From a virus (taxonomy: Duplodnaviria > Caudoviricetes), in IMG/VR virus record IMGVR_UViG_3300017766_003347, positions 1 to 36,611 of that record: a DNA stretch of 36,611 nucleotides, one strand, 5' to 3'. The notes beneath the pieces were generated by a model. That model had not been told where the DNA came from and made no database searches. It was given only the letters and a program-made list of their open reading frames with translations. Below are positions 34,223 through 36,611 of this stretch, piece by piece (position 1 is the stretch's first letter; each line of letters begins with the position of its first letter). The position numbers were made by a program, and so were the translations under genes.

Positions 34223-34392
34223 TGGGCTTCCTATTCCGCAACGGCGTGTGGGCCGGCATCGCTTGGCAGGAAGCCAGCTTTGCATCCTACACCTTCGCTA
34301 AGGTCGGGTTCCCGGCGGCGATCCTGACAATGATTTTCATTTGCCTCGCGAATACGATTTTCGCGGCATGGTTCAAGGGAGAACTGAGATGA
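34222..34392 (+). CDS. Small membrane protein (56 aa), absent from ORF track
   Basis: AGGAGG RBS; TGATG and ATGA coupling on the two sides; hydrophobic FPAAILTMIFICLANTIFAAWF. Confidence 0.6.
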   Translation: MGFLFRNGVWAGIAWQEASFASYTFAKVGFPAAILTMIFICLANTIFAAWFKGELR

Positions 34393-34955
34393 GCGATAAG
34401 CTCAAGCCGATCACGGCCGCCCAACAGGCGGCATTCGAAAACAGCCGCATTACCGATAGCGTGATACAGCGCAAATGCGATTGCGGCGCGTGGTATGAAA
34501 CCCGGCGCATGGCCTCGGTCTTTGTCGAGACGTTCCACTGCGACTGCGGCAAGCGCATGTCCTACGAGGTGCCGGCGCTCGATCTCCGTTTGATCAAGCC
34601 GAATATCGAGCAAATCATGTCGGCAAAAGATCCGGATGCCCGGTTCGACACGGGGATGACGGTCAAAGAGGCGATCGCCTCCGCGTGCCACTGGTGGAAC
34701 AAGACCGGGCGCAAGCTCATGAAGGGCCACCGCCAGCGGCAAGAAAAGGCTGGCGCTCCGTTCGTGTCCGACAACCCCGATGATGAAACGTTCGTGCCTT
34801 CCGGCATCCTGCACGGCCTCCCGTGGGATCAGCTCGACAAGCGCGCGCAAATCCAAGTCGTCAAATCCTGGCATCACCATCACGTCCGAATGCCCGACGT
34901 GATCGGCGACACGCAATCACCCGAAAATCAGGCGCAAAGGGGATCAATCCACTAA
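34389..34955 (+). CDS. Hypothetical Zn-ribbon protein
   Basis: Two CDCG motifs; GGAG RBS. Confidence 0.75.
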   Translation: MSDKLKPITAAQQAAFENSRITDSVIQRKCDCGAWYETRRMASVFVETFHCDCGKRMSYEVPALDLRLIKPNIEQIMSAKDPDARFDTGMTVKEAIASACHWWNKTGRKLMKGHRQRQEKAGAPFVSDNPDDETFVPSGILHGLPWDQLDKRAQIQVVKSWHHHHVRMPDVIGDTQSPENQAQRGSIH

Positions 34956-35014
34956 CCAGACACACCGAAAAACACGAAATGTTCACACCAGCACTATGAA
35001 CTTTGGAGAAGATT

Positions 35015-35977
35015 ATGAACGATTTAGCCGCAGCAGCAGAAAATTATTCCAGAAAAGAGGGGTTTAAAGTCGATGTGTGGGAAAAATATATCACGCAGGC
35101 CTTCACGGCCGGCGCTGAATGGGAGGCCATGCGGATCGAGGGGAACGGGCATGTCGTCACCTTTCCTTTGAAAAAATACCAAGAACTGAAGGCCCAGGCG
35201 GCCGAAGCCGAAGCGCTGCGGAAAGAGCGAGACATTGCAGTAGACCACAGCACGGAACAGGCCCGGCTCATATTCCAGCAGCGCGAGGAGATCGGCACGC
35301 TGCATAGCCAGATTGGCCGGCTGACGGATCAGGTGAAGGTTGCGCGTGATGACTGCTTGCGTCTGATTGAGCGCGAGGATCAGATCAAGGGCGACCTGAA
35401 GCGCGCGGAGGAGGACCGCGATCACTGGCGCGAAAAGGCAAAGCTGCATGAAGGTTTGCCCGATGGCGCTGGCGGCATTCGTGCGGAGCGTGTCGGTTAT
35501 GGTGGGACGGGCTATGTCTTCTTCACGTTTGGGGATGTTGATGCGGTCAACGCTATCCGCGATGCTTACATCGGCTTCAAGCGGCTTGGTCTGCTGAAGC
35601 CCCACGACGTCCCGGCCCCGACAGAGGTGGACGAAAGCGGCGTGGGCTATGGTGCCGGCATTGCCTCGGGCGACACGGGCGGCTTCACGGCCACGGGTGA
35701 CGCGGAGGCGATGCGGCTCCACAATGAGAAGGTGCGGGGCGATAAGGTGACGGACGATGCCTGCCGTGAGAGCTACAACAACGCGGCGATCAAGACCGCG
35801 GCGGGGACGGTTGCTGCGCACTACGCTGAGAAAAGCAAGGATGATGAAATCCGCCGCCTTTCCAGCGACAATGCAAATCTTGAAGGCAGGCTGAAGGCTT
35901 CGGAGGATAAGGTCGGCTCTTTGCGGCATCAGCTTGAAGCCCTGAAGCACAAGGTCATCATGAAGTTTCTCTCATAG
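35015..35977 (+). CDS. Hypothetical coiled-coil protein
   Basis: GGAG RBS; two heptad-repeat segments. Confidence 0.75.
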   Translation: MNDLAAAAENYSRKEGFKVDVWEKYITQAFTAGAEWEAMRIEGNGHVVTFPLKKYQELKAQAAEAEALRKERDIAVDHSTEQARLIFQQREEIGTLHSQIGRLTDQVKVARDDCLRLIEREDQIKGDLKRAEEDRDHWREKAKLHEGLPDGAGGIRAERVGYGGTGYVFFTFGDVDAVNAIRDAYIGFKRLGLLKPHDVPAPTEVDESGVGYGAGIASGDTGGFTATGDAEAMRLHNEKVRGDKVTDDACRESYNNAAIKTAAGTVAAHYAEKSKDDEIRRLSSDNANLEGRLKASEDKVGSLRHQLEALKHKVIMKFLS

Positions 35978-36005
35978 GGCATGTCGATTTTCTCGCCCTG
36001 ATCGT

Positions 36006-36041
36006 AGGCCGTCGCGGGGATCTCGCGGCGGCCTTTCGTTT
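36006..36041 (+). terminator. Intrinsic terminator-like hairpin
   Basis: AGGCCGTCGCG...CGCGGCGGCCT followed by TTCGTTT. Confidence 0.6.
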
Positions 36042-36080
36042 GCGGTATAGGTGACGCCTCAACAGCAAAGGAGAATGATC

Positions 36081-36224
36081 ATGCGCAAGGACATCATGGA
36101 GCGGATGGGGGAATGGGTAGATCGTATGTTGATCGAGGGCTATAGCCGCGATGAGATCGCCAGCGCCATCGAATGCCAGAAGATGGCAATGGACGAAGAG
36201 GACGAAGGCGAGGAGGAGGAATGA
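36081..36224 (+). CDS. Small acidic protein (47 aa), absent from ORF track
   Basis: AAGGAG RBS; MRKDIMERMGEWVDRMLIEGYSRDEIASAIECQKMAMDEEDEGEEEE; ATGA overlap with terS. Confidence 0.6.
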   Translation: MRKDIMERMGEWVDRMLIEGYSRDEIASAIECQKMAMDEEDEGEEEE

Positions 36225-36496
36225 GCAGCAAGAAGAAAGAGGCGGAAAGCGGCTTCCATGCGGTCTTGGCCGATGGGCTGGCCACGCCTGAAAGCGTGAT
36301 GATTGCGGTGATGCGGGGCGAGACGGCGATCCTGAACGGCACACGCGGTCGCCCTCGCAAGCTGACGCCTCGCATGATCGACGCGGCGGAAAAGCTCTTG
36401 CCGTACCGCTTGCCGAAGCTGAACGCGGTTGATGCGGTGTCGCGCAATGTCGAGATGACGCATGAGGACTGGATCAACGAGATCGGGAACGATTGA
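36221..36496 (+). CDS. terS: Putative terminase small subunit
   Basis: GGAGGAGG RBS. TP..VM..VM.....R..DAA..LLPY..PKL..V pattern; upstream of terL on the circle. Confidence 0.65.
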   Translation: MSSKKKEAESGFHAVLADGLATPESVMIAVMRGETAILNGTRGRPRKLTPRMIDAAEKLLPYRLPKLNAVDAVSRNVEMTHEDWINEIGND

Positions 36497-36611
36497 TGGC
36501 TGATCTTGACCGCCTCAAGCAAGTTGATCGAGAGGTTCGCCGCCGCGCCGCTCGCCTGTCGCAGACCTCGGCCGACATGCTGGCCCAGGCGCAACAGATC
36601 GACATCCTCAA
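36489..36611. repeat. Terminal direct repeat, right copy
   Basis: Identical to 1-123. Confidence 0.97.

Noticed and set aside
36489-36611. 123-bp terminal repeat as a biological T7-like DTR
   Set aside because: It starts within the terS stop region and ends mid-gene, which is more simply explained as assembler overlap of a circular or permuted genome. Read-level terminus analysis would be needed.

Overview
The window is a complete, circularly assembled dsDNA phage genome: bases 1-123 are repeated exactly at 36489-36611, giving a unique length of 36,488 bp. It is GC-rich and podovirus-like, and the host is probably an alphaproteobacterium (inferred from a GapR-like gene, a GH108 endolysin and a rhizobial-type tailspike neck). 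The + strand carries terS (end of window), a two-gene insert, terL, portal, scaffold, major capsid, decoration protein, tail adaptor and nozzle, three ejection proteins (one with an M15 peptidase), tailspike, endolysin and spanins. A leftward block encodes a RecE-like exonuclease, a Sak4-like ATPase, a C5 methyltransferase-like protein and a LexA-type HTH protein. A rightward block encodes an RHH regulator, a DUF1064 nuclease, a GapR-like protein, a DUF1376/YdaU-type replication initiator and small accessory ORFs. I recognised no integrase, CI-type repressor, DNA or RNA polymerase, CRISPR array or reverse transcriptase. Three observations stand out: (1) an SGNH esterase whose N-terminus is a clear paralog of the phage's own small post-capsid (decoration-like) protein, suggesting a capsid-displayed enzyme; (2) a second, non-coding copy of the iteron-like segment of the replication initiator gene, sitting between terL and the head genes; (3) a non-canonical tRNA-like structure between the scaffold and capsid genes. 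All family assignments come from motif recognition, not from database searches.
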